The position numbers and the translations under genes are program-made. 64,000 nucleotides of DNA from NCBI GenBank assembly GCA_035615875.1, contig WWDN01000042.1, positions 221 through 64,220 on the forward strand, in the 5' to 3' direction. The stretch's first letter is position 1, and every line of letters begins with the position of its first letter. The notes below the pieces were generated by a model. The model made no database searches and was not told the DNA's origin. It saw only the letters and a list, made by a program, of their open reading frames with translations. This document shows, piece after piece, positions 7,588 to 16,092 of this stretch. This stretch comes from Thermodiscus sp. GTDB lineage: Archaea; Thermoproteota; Thermoprotei_A; Sulfolobales; Acidilobaceae.

Positions 7588-9453
7588 TTGGGTGGACCAG
7601 TATTGGATTCGATATACGAGTTGCTTTGGGTCGAGAAGTACAGGCCGAGGAGTCTCAGCGAGATAATAAACCAGGAGGAGGTCGTGGAGCGCCTGAAGAA
7701 GTTCGTTGAGATGAAGAACATGCCCCACCTACTCTTCGCGGGGCCCGCTGGCACAGGTAAGACCACAGCCGCCCATGCCCTTGCCCACGATCTCTACGGG
7801 GAGGGTTATAGGCAGTACATGCTGGAGTTAAACGCTTCCGTGTCGAAGCACACGCCCATCCCAGTTAAACTTAATAATAGTATTAAATTAGTCACTTTCG
7901 AGGAACTGGATAGGATCTACTTCAGCAACCCTGCCAGAGTACTTAGAAACGACCACGGAGAATATGTAAACCTAGCCGACCACGGTCTAGAAGTCCTAAC
8001 TATAAATAAGAGAACCTGGAGGTTGGAGTGGAGAAGAATATCCTGGCTCATCAGGCATAGGGTATCGAAGATCCTGCGGGTAAGGATTGCTGGAGGCCGA
8101 TACATAGAACTAACCGGTAACCACTCGGTGATGGCTTTCAACGAGGAGGGAGACCTCGTAGAGAGATCAGCGGCGGAGTTAAGGCCAGGAGACTATCTAA
8201 TCTCCATCGATAGGGCCCTCCCGGGGTACAACAAGCCCATAGCTAAGGAGGGGAACTATGGGATCCGGGATCACGCCATAATTGCACTAGTGGGATCCCA
8301 CGGGGGTTCCACGGTCACCGAGATAACCATGGGGTCCCTCAGCTACACGAGGGCGAACAGCGTTGAGCACGGGTTCCTACCAGTCGAGCCCTTCATCAAG
8401 TTCCTCGAAGAGAAAGGCTATACCGCAGCGTATGACTTAGAATATAAACTAAAACCCCAGCTTCACAGTGGCTTGATACCCAAATCTAGGGCCCGAGAGA
8501 TTCTAGCCTCCATCGATGATGACCCGTTACCGTCAAATGAGAGGGAGAGGATGAGGGTGCTAAAGCGCCTAGCGTACTCGGATCTACACGTGGTAAGGAT
8601 CGAATCAATAGAACTAGTAGACTACAATGATTACGTCTACGATGTATCAGTACCCGGCAACAATATGTTCTTCGCCGGACACACACCTGTTCTACTCCAT
8701 AACTCCGATGAGCGCGGAATCAATGTTATAAGAGAGAAGGTGAAGGAGTTCGCGCGAAGCCGAACTCCACCCGAGATCCCATTCAAGATAGTCCTACTCG
8801 ACGAAGCCGATAACATGACCGCGGACGCCCAACAGGCCCTGAGGCGTCTAATGGAGTTATATAGCGCTAACACGAGGTTCATCCTAATAGCCAACTATCC
8901 GTCGAAGATAATAGATCCGATACAGTCTAGGTGCGCTTTCTTCAGGTTCCAGCCCCTAAAGAAGGACGATGTAGTCAACAGGCTGAGGTATATCGCGGAG
9001 AACGAGGGGGTGGACTACGACGAAGAAGCCCTGGAAACAATCTATGAGATAAGCGAGGGCGATATGAGGAAGGCAATCAACATCCTACAAGCGGCAGCCG
9101 CGATTGGCAAAGTCACGGTAGATGTTGTATTCAAGGTTGTGGGGCTGGCTAAACCCAAGGAAGTCCGTGAAATGCTAGAACTAGCGCTCAAAGGAGACTT
9201 CGTCGCCGCGAGAAACCTAATGAGGAAGCTCATGATAGAATATGGACTGAGCGGGGAGGACCTCATCAAGCAGATACATCGAGAGGTCATGGGCACCGAA
9301 TTGAATATACCCGAGGAGGCCAGGGTCCTCATAGCAGACTACGTGGGAGAGATACACTTCCGGCTCGTTGAGGGTAGCGATGACGACATACAGCTAAGCG
9401 CCTTCCTAGCATGGCTAAGCCTACTCGGGCCTAGACTCGGTGTAGAATCTTGA
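7588..9453 (+). CDS. rfcS: replication factor C small subunit, interrupted by an intein
   Basis: LWVEKYRP, Walker A GPAGTGKTT, ELNA|SDERGINVIREKV, LDEADNMT and SRC motif QSRCAFFRF. 621 aa because of a 289-codon insert. The TTG start at 7588 is uncertain. Confidence 0.9.
   Translation: MGGPVLDSIYELLWVEKYRPRSLSEIINQEEVVERLKKFVEMKNMPHLLFAGPAGTGKTTAAHALAHDLYGEGYRQYMLELNASVSKHTPIPVKLNNSIKLVTFEELDRIYFSNPARVLRNDHGEYVNLADHGLEVLTINKRTWRLEWRRISWLIRHRVSKILRVRIAGGRYIELTGNHSVMAFNEEGDLVERSAAELRPGDYLISIDRALPGYNKPIAKEGNYGIRDHAIIALVGSHGGSTVTEITMGSLSYTRANSVEHGFLPVEPFIKFLEEKGYTAAYDLEYKLKPQLHSGLIPKSRAREILASIDDDPLPSNERERMRVLKRLAYSDLHVVRIESIELVDYNDYVYDVSVPGNNMFFAGHTPVLLHNSDERGINVIREKVKEFARSRTPPEIPFKIVLLDEADNMTADAQQALRRLMELYSANTRFILIANYPSKIIDPIQSRCAFFRFQPLKKDDVVNRLRYIAENEGVDYDEEALETIYEISEGDMRKAINILQAAAAIGKVTVDVVFKVVGLAKPKEVREMLELALKGDFVAARNLMRKLMIEYGLSGEDLIKQIHREVMGTELNIPEEARVLIADYVGEIHFRLVEGSDDDIQLSAFLAWLSLLGPRLGVES
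7837..8703 (+). mobile_element. intein (289 codons) within rfcS
   Basis: The insert starts at Ser (SVSKHTPIPV). It contains LTGNHSVM (block B TxxH) and VYDVSVPGNNMFFA (block F), and ends VLLHN followed by Ser+1. Removing it restores ELNA-SDERGI. Confidence 0.85.
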
Positions 9454-10886
9454 TCGCACACGGGAGAGCAAAACCGAACATCCCCTGGATAATAAAGTAC
9501 AGGCCGAGAACAGTAGACGAAGTAGTAAACCAGGATAACGCCAAGAAAAAGCTACTAGCGTGGTTCAAACAGTGGGTCTCCGGGAAACCCCCGGCGAAGA
9601 GAGCCGTACTCCTCTACGGGCCTCCCGGAGTCGGCAAGACGAGCCTAGTAGAAGCGATAGCTAGGCAATTCAAATTCGAGCTACTGGAGCTAAACGCGAG
9701 CGACTATAGGTCCGCAACAGCCATACGTAGGACCGTTGGCGTAGCCGCTAACAAGAAACCGCTCTACGGAAGAGGCATAATAATCCTCCTAGACGAGATA
9801 GACGGCATAGCCCCCAGGGAGGATTCCGGTGGTCTAAAGGCGCTGCTGGAGATAATACCGCATACAACCAATCCCATAGTCATGACGGCTAACGATCCTT
9901 GGAAAGAGCAACTGAGGCCCCTACACCAGCAGGCAGAGCTCATACAGTTCAAACCCCTCTCCGTCACCCAAGTGATGGCCGTTCTCCAAAGGATATGCGA
10001 CTTGGAGGGCTTAGAGTGCGAGAGAGAGGCTTTAAGGTATATAGCCGAGATCGAGAAGGGGGATGTGAGGGCCGCTATAAACGATTTACAGGCCATCGCG
10101 GAGGGTTACGGTAGAGTAACGCTCGGCATCGTCAAGCTAGTGATTAGGGGCAGGGATAAGAAATCTGATATATTCGTCACGTTAAACCAGATATTCTACT
10201 CGAACAAGTTCTGGCGGTCACGGATGGCGTTATCCAATAGCGAAGAGGACTACGAGACTGTAATCGCCTGGTTAAACGATAACATCCCCCGGAAATACGA
10301 GGATCCGAGGGACGCCTATAGGGCATTTGACGCGCTGGCACGTGCGACGATCATGCTTAACAGGGCCAAGTTCAAGACAGCATGGTCGCTGTTAACCTAT
10401 GTTTTCAGCCTAGCAGGCCCCGGAGTCACATTTGCAAGGAAGTACTCTCCCATAAGCAAGGCTAGGTACGCTTACCCCGATAGAATAAAGATGATGGCCC
10501 GGCTACGCGAGGTCAGGGAGATCCGGGAGTCGTTGGCGTCTAGGTTATCAGAGAGAGTACTGGTATCTCGCCGACTTGTCAAAACAGAGATACTACCATT
10601 TCTCTTCATAATATTCCGAGAGTCAGAGGATCCGGTACCTGCGGCCCGACTAGCACTAGGATACGGCCTTGACAGAAGGGAAGTAGAGTTCCTAGCGGGC
10701 CACAGGTCAGGCGAGATACTATCGGCTATCGAGAAGATAAAGCGGTCTAGAAGGGATTTAGTCGAGAAAAGGGAGTCGAAGGCCGAGAAACGAGAAGAGC
10801 CCGAAGAGGGGGCCGGCAAGCGTAGGACTAGGGCTAGACGAGGTAGGCGTCCAGCTTCGAGTACCCTGGATTCATTCTTCTCGTGA
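9450..10886 (+). CDS. rfcL: replication factor C large subunit
   Basis: PWIIKYRPRTVDEVV, Walker A GPPGVGKTS, LLDEIDG, charged C-terminal tail. The TTG start overlaps the rfcS stop (TTGA). Confidence 0.85.
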   Translation: MIAHGRAKPNIPWIIKYRPRTVDEVVNQDNAKKKLLAWFKQWVSGKPPAKRAVLLYGPPGVGKTSLVEAIARQFKFELLELNASDYRSATAIRRTVGVAANKKPLYGRGIIILLDEIDGIAPREDSGGLKALLEIIPHTTNPIVMTANDPWKEQLRPLHQQAELIQFKPLSVTQVMAVLQRICDLEGLECEREALRYIAEIEKGDVRAAINDLQAIAEGYGRVTLGIVKLVIRGRDKKSDIFVTLNQIFYSNKFWRSRMALSNSEEDYETVIAWLNDNIPRKYEDPRDAYRAFDALARATIMLNRAKFKTAWSLLTYVFSLAGPGVTFARKYSPISKARYAYPDRIKMMARLREVREIRESLASRLSERVLVSRRLVKTEILPFLFIIFRESEDPVPAARLALGYGLDRREVEFLAGHRSGEILSAIEKIKRSRRDLVEKRESKAEKREEPEEGAGKRRTRARRGRRPASSTLDSFFS

Positions 10887-11321
10887 ATGCTTGACTTTCT
10901 TCAATACCCTTATCGACTCTATCAATGTATAGGGGTACTGGCCCTTTTCATCCTTCTCGTACTTCTTTACCATATCCCATATGGTCAAAAGCGCGGCGGC
11001 CACACCCGTGAGAGCCTCCATCTCGACACCAGTCTTGTATACTGCTTTAACCCCGACCTTGACCCGGACCCGGTCATCTTCATAGTCGAACTCTACGTCT
11101 ACATGTTGTATGGGTATAGGATGACAGTATGGTAGGATGTCTGGAGTTTTCTTTACCGCCTGTATGGCGGCTATCTTGGCTGCTTCCTCGACGTTTCCCT
11201 TCTCTACTTTATTATCTAGGATCAACTTTACAGTATCCGGTCTTAGTCTTATGTATCCCTCCGCCTCGGCTATTCGAACCACAGACTCCTTGCCCGAGAT
11301 ATCAACCATGCCTCTCTTCAT
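10872..11321 (-). CDS. moaC: cyclic pyranopterin monophosphate synthase MoaC
   Basis: MVDISGKESVVRIAEAEG...MEALTGVAAALLTIWDMVK is typical of MoaC. The start is ambiguous (ATG at 11357, 11321 or 11309). There is a convergent 15-nt overlap with rfcL. Confidence 0.8.
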   Translation of the reverse strand: MKRGMVDISGKESVVRIAEAEGYIRLRPDTVKLILDNKVEKGNVEEAAKIAAIQAVKKTPDILPYCHPIPIQHVDVEFDYEDDRVRVKVGVKAVYKTGVEMEALTGVAAALLTIWDMVKKYEKDEKGQYPYTLIESIRVLKKVKHSREE

Positions 11322-11598
11322 TATCAACCCCACTCCATAGCCTCTCCAGTTCTTCAAGTAGCTTTCGGGTGGCGTTTATCCTTGGATCGCCTAGGTTCAC
11401 CTCGTAGAGTCTCAACCGCCCGTATGTATGTTCATGTACTATGCCCAACTCGACTAGCCTGTCCAGGTGGGCCTTGACTAGTCTATATGGTAGCTTTGTT
11501 TCTCTTATGATCCTTGATATATTGGCTTGGCCCTCTTTCAATAGGAATCGTAATATCCTGAATCTCCCCTTGCTCTCGAAGAGTTCTTCGAGGTCCAT
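11302..11598 (-). CDS. ArsR-like winged-helix transcriptional regulator
   Basis: 98 aa. RILRFLLKEGQANISRIIRETKLPYRLVKAHLDRLVELGIV is an HTH plus wing. Confidence 0.6.
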   Translation of the reverse strand: MDLEELFESKGRFRILRFLLKEGQANISRIIRETKLPYRLVKAHLDRLVELGIVHEHTYGRLRLYEVNLGDPRINATRKLLEELERLWSGVDNEERHG

Positions 11599-11610
11599 TA
11601 AAGTGTCCCT

Positions 11611-12840
11611 CTAGGGTAGCCTCTTTTTGAGGATCTCTTCTATTACTTCGACTAGTGGCTTTGCAGGTATATCGGTTCTTAGCCTTATGATTGAGGTTCT
11701 CCCCCTCATTCCCTTCCCCGAGGGCCTGACATCGAGCAACTGTATACTTTTCAGGTTATTTATATAGATATTGAATTGTGTATGTGCTCTCGGCGCCTCT
11801 CCGTAGAGCTCTGACAGCTCATTATATAACTGCCGTAGCCTGCCTGTTGTGAGCCACTCGCCCTCCTCTACCGTATGTTTGGCTACAGCTAGTAGGACAA
11901 GTAGTTCATGGGTGCTCAAGCCTTCTAAGTCACTTATACTGACGTTAGCGATCGAGTCTAACGAAAGGGCGTGGCGCACGTGTTCTGGAGTTATTCTATG
12001 GGATCCCTCGTATTCGGCTTGCTCCGCGGCACTGTTCAGCGCGTTTATTGCACGTCTAGCGTTACCGTCCTTCAAACCTGTACCGTCGACCCCATAGTGT
12101 TCTGCTATCATGTACAGTATCTCGGGGGTCCACGTGCCCTCGTAGAGAGAGATCTCGGCCCGTTGTTCGAGTATCTCGTAGAGCTCCTCGACCGTGTACG
12201 GCTTCAAGTGTAACCGGAAGTTGATCTGTGACTCGATCTGGGGCATCTTGGACCGTAGTTCGCTGAGGACGAGGTAGTCCGATGCAACTAGGATATAGCT
12301 TATCCGAGGTACTCCATCTGGCGGCGGCACTTGTTCGTATATCCTTAGTAGCGAGTACAGGTAGGCGTCGTCTACTTTAGGTGATTTGATTAGGTTCTGG
12401 AACTCGTCTATTGTTACGAGTACATAGTAATTCTTCTCGTACACATAGTCTACAATGGTCTTTATGGCTTCCAGTGTCGAGGAGCCCTTTATATTGATCT
12501 TGGGGCTGAGCTGGCTTGCTATTATAGCCAGTATCTCGTGAAGTGATGGGGCAGAGTATACGTTTACGTATATGAACTTATACTTGATCCCGTGTCTGGC
12601 CGCGAGCTCCGAGATTTTAAGCCCGGAGTATTTCGCGACCGTTGTCTTTCCTATACCGCTTCGACCCGGCGAACCGAATATTGCGGCGACGTCGCCAGCC
12701 CTCCCTTCAGAGAATCTAGCGAAGACCTTCTTGGTTAAGAGTGTTGCCTCTTTTCTCCTAACCCTTAGCTCTGAGGGTATATAGAGTTCTGCGAGGGCGT
12801 TCCTATCTTTGAAGATGGTACTCTCTTCGACGAGCCCCAT
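11611..12840 (-). CDS. orc1/cdc6: Orc1/Cdc6 replication initiator (AAA+ with C-terminal winged helix)
   Basis: Walker A GSPGRSGIGKTT, Walker B LVTIDEFQ, sensor region, C-terminal wH (LTTGRLRQLYNELS...). Confidence 0.85.
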   Translation of the reverse strand: MGLVEESTIFKDRNALAELYIPSELRVRRKEATLLTKKVFARFSEGRAGDVAAIFGSPGRSGIGKTTVAKYSGLKISELAARHGIKYKFIYVNVYSAPSLHEILAIIASQLSPKINIKGSSTLEAIKTIVDYVYEKNYYVLVTIDEFQNLIKSPKVDDAYLYSLLRIYEQVPPPDGVPRISYILVASDYLVLSELRSKMPQIESQINFRLHLKPYTVEELYEILEQRAEISLYEGTWTPEILYMIAEHYGVDGTGLKDGNARRAINALNSAAEQAEYEGSHRITPEHVRHALSLDSIANVSISDLEGLSTHELLVLLAVAKHTVEEGEWLTTGRLRQLYNELSELYGEAPRAHTQFNIYINNLKSIQLLDVRPSGKGMRGRTSIIRLRTDIPAKPLVEVIEEILKKRLP

Positions 12841-12879
12841 ACGATATCACTTCCGGCCAGCTATAATACATTGTATCCA

Positions 12880-12892
12880 TCCACTCTGGAAG
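12880..12892. promoter_or_regulatory. ORB-like dyad TCCA-CTC-TGGAAG upstream of orc1/cdc6
   Basis: TCCACTCTGGAAG sits 40-52 nt upstream of the orc1/cdc6 start, next to the TATA-like CTATAATA at 12861-12868. It resembles the TCCA-N-TGGAAA core of archaeal origin recognition boxes. Only a single copy is present. Confidence 0.25.
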
Positions 12893-12904
12893 TAATCAGT
12901 ACTA

Positions 12905-13414
12905 CTATATTTCAGTATCGTATCCTACGAGGAGACAGCCGTAACCGCACTTCTTAGCATCGCCCCAGGAGGCTAGAACCAGATCGTCTACACCCTCAAT
13001 ATCTATAATGAAACTACTACTCCGATCTAACTTCACGTTCAATTTATTTAATATTATATTTTTTCTAATATATTTTTTTGATTTTCCCCTGAGCGCGACT
13101 ATTAATCTTACCGGAGACCGGATGCGGCTAGAGGCTAGTCTCGAAGCTATTATAGACTCTACATCAGTTTCCTCTACACTAGCACAAATCTTTGGAACAA
13201 CAAGGCGGGATGCAAAAGAGAACCTATAATCTCTAACCACATCTAAGATAGTACGTTTATAATTTGTCTCGCTACCCATCACCAGGTACACGCCGGGAAA
13301 CGGCGTCGAGCGGACATAACCCCCTAGCACAGCAGCTAGATCCCACGCCTCCTCCAAGCACCACTTATCCCTCTTAGGCTTGGCTATGACGACTGCCGCC
13401 GGGCATAGGGGCAT
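12905..13414 (-). CDS. hypothetical protein (possible THUMP-like RNA-binding fold)
   Basis: ORF with a low-GC Lys/Ile/Asn-rich middle. VRLIVALRGKSKKY...VKLDRSSSFIIDIEGVDDLVLASWG resembles THUMP-domain proteins. The start is ambiguous and overlaps the nth 3' end. Confidence 0.35.
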   Translation of the reverse strand: MPLCPAAVVIAKPKRDKWCLEEAWDLAAVLGGYVRSTPFPGVYLVMGSETNYKRTILDVVRDYRFSFASRLVVPKICASVEETDVESIIASRLASSRIRSPVRLIVALRGKSKKYIRKNIILNKLNVKLDRSSSFIIDIEGVDDLVLASWGDAKKCGYGCLLVGYDTEI

Positions 13415-14061
13415 ACCTTTCTCAACGGGCATACACTGCACCTAGGCTTCTTCGCCTTACAATACCTCCTGCCGAGGGCTATTAGTAGGCGATGAGCTTC
13501 TTCTGCGTTATCTGCTCCAAAGAATTCGAGAAGTTTCCTGGAGACCTCGTCGTACGTGGCTTTTTCACCGGCCAAGCCCCATCGTCTGGCTATCCTAAAG
13601 GCATGGGTATCTACTGCGAAGTACGGTGCTTTGTGTACGAGCTGGAGGAAGACGTCGGCTGTTTTCTTGCCTATGCCTGGTATTGACAGGAGCCATTTTC
13701 TTAGCTCTCCAGGCTCCGTCTTGACTAGGAAGTCTTCTCCGACCTCACAGATTTTTTCAGATAATATATATATTGTTTTAGCTTTTTGTCTATATAGTCC
13801 GGCTGGCTTAATCGCGTCCTCTAGGCTCTTGATATCGTGGCTAAGAACGTCGTTGCATCTAGTCCCGATTTTCTCAATAAATCTATTCAATGCTTTTATC
13901 GAGTTTTTATCAGAGGTATTTTGACTCAATATTATTGATACAAGTAATAGAAAAGGGTTGTCTTCTATTCTCCTCGCAACCAGGACAACGTAGTCCTCAT
14001 CCCTAACTGGAAGCGTTTTTCTCATAATATCTAGTATCTCTTTACCACTAGCTTCTATCAT
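13384..14061 (-). CDS. nth: endonuclease III (HhH-GPD DNA glycosylase with 4Fe-4S loop)
   Basis: HhH motif LLSIPGIGKKTADVFL, catalytic D in VDTH, C-terminal cluster CKAKKPRCSVCPLRKVC. ATG at 14061 (MIEASGKE) preferred over the track start. Confidence 0.85.
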   Translation of the reverse strand: MIEASGKEILDIMRKTLPVRDEDYVVLVARRIEDNPFLLLVSIILSQNTSDKNSIKALNRFIEKIGTRCNDVLSHDIKSLEDAIKPAGLYRQKAKTIYILSEKICEVGEDFLVKTEPGELRKWLLSIPGIGKKTADVFLQLVHKAPYFAVDTHAFRIARRWGLAGEKATYDEVSRKLLEFFGADNAEEAHRLLIALGRRYCKAKKPRCSVCPLRKVCPYARRQSS

Positions 14062-14119
14062 TTCCACACCCTCAACATAATTAGGAATAGCATTGAAAGG
14101 GATAATATGGTGCAGGAAG

Positions 14120-14557
14120 ATGGAGGGATGCCCTGGATTCAAGCACCTGGAACACACAGCCGATGTGCTAATAGAGGCCAGCGGGAGAACGCTTGAGGAG
14201 GCATTCGAGCAGGCCGGGCTAGGAGTCTATGAGGTCGTAACAGATACTTCCAGGGTGCAACCAAAAGTGAGAATAGACATAGACATCACAGGAATGGATC
14301 TTGAGAACCTACTCTATAGATGGATCGAAGAGCTACTAGTCAATACAGACAGCGAGGGACTAGTCTTCTCCCTATTCAGGGTCTGCAGGATAGTGGAGGG
14401 AGAGGAAGGTTACCGTATAGTTTCAAGCGTGTGGGGGGAGCGCTTCGACCCAGAAAGACATGAGGAGAGGACTATCGTAAAGGCCATGACCTACTCCCAG
14501 ATGAGCATCGGGAAACGTGATGGATGCTGGGTTTTAAGATTCGTTGTAGACATATAG
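14120..14557 (+). CDS. archease (RtcB tRNA-ligase cofactor family)
   Basis: FKHLEHTADVLIEASGRTLEEAFEQAG and C-terminal VKAMTYSQMSI are the archease signature. ATG at 14120. Confidence 0.85.
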   Translation: MEGCPGFKHLEHTADVLIEASGRTLEEAFEQAGLGVYEVVTDTSRVQPKVRIDIDITGMDLENLLYRWIEELLVNTDSEGLVFSLFRVCRIVEGEEGYRIVSSVWGERFDPERHEERTIVKAMTYSQMSIGKRDGCWVLRFVVDI

Positions 14558-14567
14558 GTTAGTGAGG

Positions 14568-15119
14568 CTATCCTGCTAGAGTCTTCCTTAACTTATCCAT
14601 GCAAACCTGACAATAGTAGGGAGGCTTTTCGTCTAACTCCTCCAGGCTGTTGCTGTATCTCATAACGCATTGGTTCCGGCAATGTGTTAAACCGGCTAAG
14701 TGGCCAAACTCGTGGAGTATTAATTTCAGGAGCCTTTCAAGGTAAAGACCATGGTTTGCATAATCAATTATCCTTTTTGAATAGATGGTCGCCACTCTAA
14801 GCCGCGGCGTCGCGAGGCCAAATACAAAGTTTAAGTTGTTGACATAGCCATCGCCGTTAACTATACCTATAAGGTAAACTCCAGGGGACCGCAGTATATT
14901 GCTGTATTTACTATAGAGGTATCGATTTACGTTTTCAGCGTTGTATTGCATTCTGCTGGTATTGTACAGGTCTAGAGGCAGCATTAGGACAGATCCGGGC
15001 GTTACCACCTGAATAGGTCCGGGCATCGCGTTTATAATCGCGTCCTTCAGATACACTATTTCATACATAAACGACTTATTTATAGATTGTAATATTATTA
15101 TTGTCATCGTCTCAACCAT
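14568..15119 (-). CDS. amzA: archaemetzincin zinc metallopeptidase
   Basis: HEFGHLAGLTHCRNQCVMRYSN...YYCQVC matches the archaemetzincin signature HExxHxxGx3Cx4CxMx17CxxC. Confidence 0.85.
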   Translation of the reverse strand: MVETMTIIILQSINKSFMYEIVYLKDAIINAMPGPIQVVTPGSVLMLPLDLYNTSRMQYNAENVNRYLYSKYSNILRSPGVYLIGIVNGDGYVNNLNFVFGLATPRLRVATIYSKRIIDYANHGLYLERLLKLILHEFGHLAGLTHCRNQCVMRYSNSLEELDEKPPYYCQVCMDKLRKTLAG

Positions 15120-15185
15120 AAGTACCTAGTTGGGAGCAAGGAATTTATCTACCAGCCATGGTATTCCCTAAACTGGCCGCCGTGG

Positions 15186-15260
15186 GCCGCCGTAGCTCAG
15201 CGGGAGAGCGCCCGGCTGAAGACCGGGCGGTCCGGGGTTCGAATCCCCGCGGCGGCACCA
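15186..15260 (+). tRNA. tRNA-Phe (anticodon GAA), 3' CCA encoded
   Basis: Acceptor GCCGCCG/CGGCGGC, D arm GCTC-AGCGGG-AGAGC, anticodon stem CCCGG/CCGGG with loop CUGAAGA, T arm CGGGG-UUCGAAU-CCCCG, discriminator A followed by CCA. Confidence 0.9.
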
Positions 15261-15279
15261 CTCAACCGAGCTATACCCT

Positions 15280-16092
15280 TTACTCTAACTCAAGTCGTAA
15301 CTGCTCATTAACAAGGTCTCTGACAACTGGTGGCTCGTTTGGCAGTTTCCCGAGCAGATTCTCCGGCACATCTAATATATCATCATTTATTAACATTAAA
15401 ATGGTCTTATAAGCTGTATATGCTAACAGAACCGGGTCAAACACGAGGTACCGAGCCTTATATATATCCTTTATCATATTATATATTAGTAATAATTCTG
15501 ATTCATCAGCTATGACTAGTTTATCACCATCACCTCTATAAATAATATCAAGTATCTTATACGCTATACGTTTATTAATTAACATATATATGGCATCATG
15601 TTCCTCAAAGAAGAATACAGACCCCCACTTTTCGTTTTTGGCGCGTATAACGTCAAACCCCAGTATCGGTTCTCTATCGCTGGCGATCAAGATATATATG
15701 TTATTTATTTCTATTATAGGCTTCGTAATAGTTTTAATAAATGATTCAAGAAGAAACATGCTTTTCTCTGGATAGTCGCTGGCTTCCATGGGGATAGCTG
15801 GTCTCGCAGGTTCATAGGAGGATACAATACGTCTAGCGAGGCGGATCGATATCTTATCAATTACTAATATCAGCAGAATAAAAATGCTTGAAACGAGTAA
15901 TAATACATTCCGGCTGATATTAATCCCTGCAAGTAGTCCAGCAACATGTAAAGCCAGCGCGAAGATTATCCCTGCAACGAGAGCGAGAACACCGCGTGTA
16001 GGGACAGCGAATCGCCCCGTCCTAGCCACCCCATTCCATCCATAGAATCCGGGGGTCACGGGATTAAAGAAAAGTTTCCTATCCGGGCTCAA
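15280..16092 (-). CDS. hypothetical membrane protein (low-GC gene)
   Basis: 270 aa. Two hydrophobic helices (GVLALVAGIIFALALHVAGLLAG, LLLVSSIFILLILVI). The coding DNA is visibly AT-rich compared with its neighbours. Confidence 0.5.
   Translation of the reverse strand: MSPDRKLFFNPVTPGFYGWNGVARTGRFAVPTRGVLALVAGIIFALALHVAGLLAGINISRNVLLLVSSIFILLILVIDKISIRLARRIVSSYEPARPAIPMEASDYPEKSMFLLESFIKTITKPIIEINNIYILIASDREPILGFDVIRAKNEKWGSVFFFEEHDAIYMLINKRIAYKILDIIYRGDGDKLVIADESELLLIYNMIKDIYKARYLVFDPVLLAYTAYKTILMLINDDILDVPENLLGKLPNEPPVVRDLVNEQLRLELE

Noticed and set aside
1653-10819. Many antisense or shadow ORFs inside hel308, mcm, rfcS, rfcL and the dehydrogenase gene (for example 1653..2246, 5415..5867, 6172..6606, 9764..10096, 10472..10819)
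   Set aside because: Each lies wholly within a strongly supported gene on the other strand or frame. Each has the Ser/Arg/Pro/Leu-rich composition typical of shadow frames.
11599-12904. A replication origin next to orc1/cdc6
   Set aside because: The flanking spacers are only 12 and 64 bp. There is a single ORB-like dyad, no multiple inverted ORBs and no free AT-rich unwinding element. The origin, if linked, must be elsewhere.
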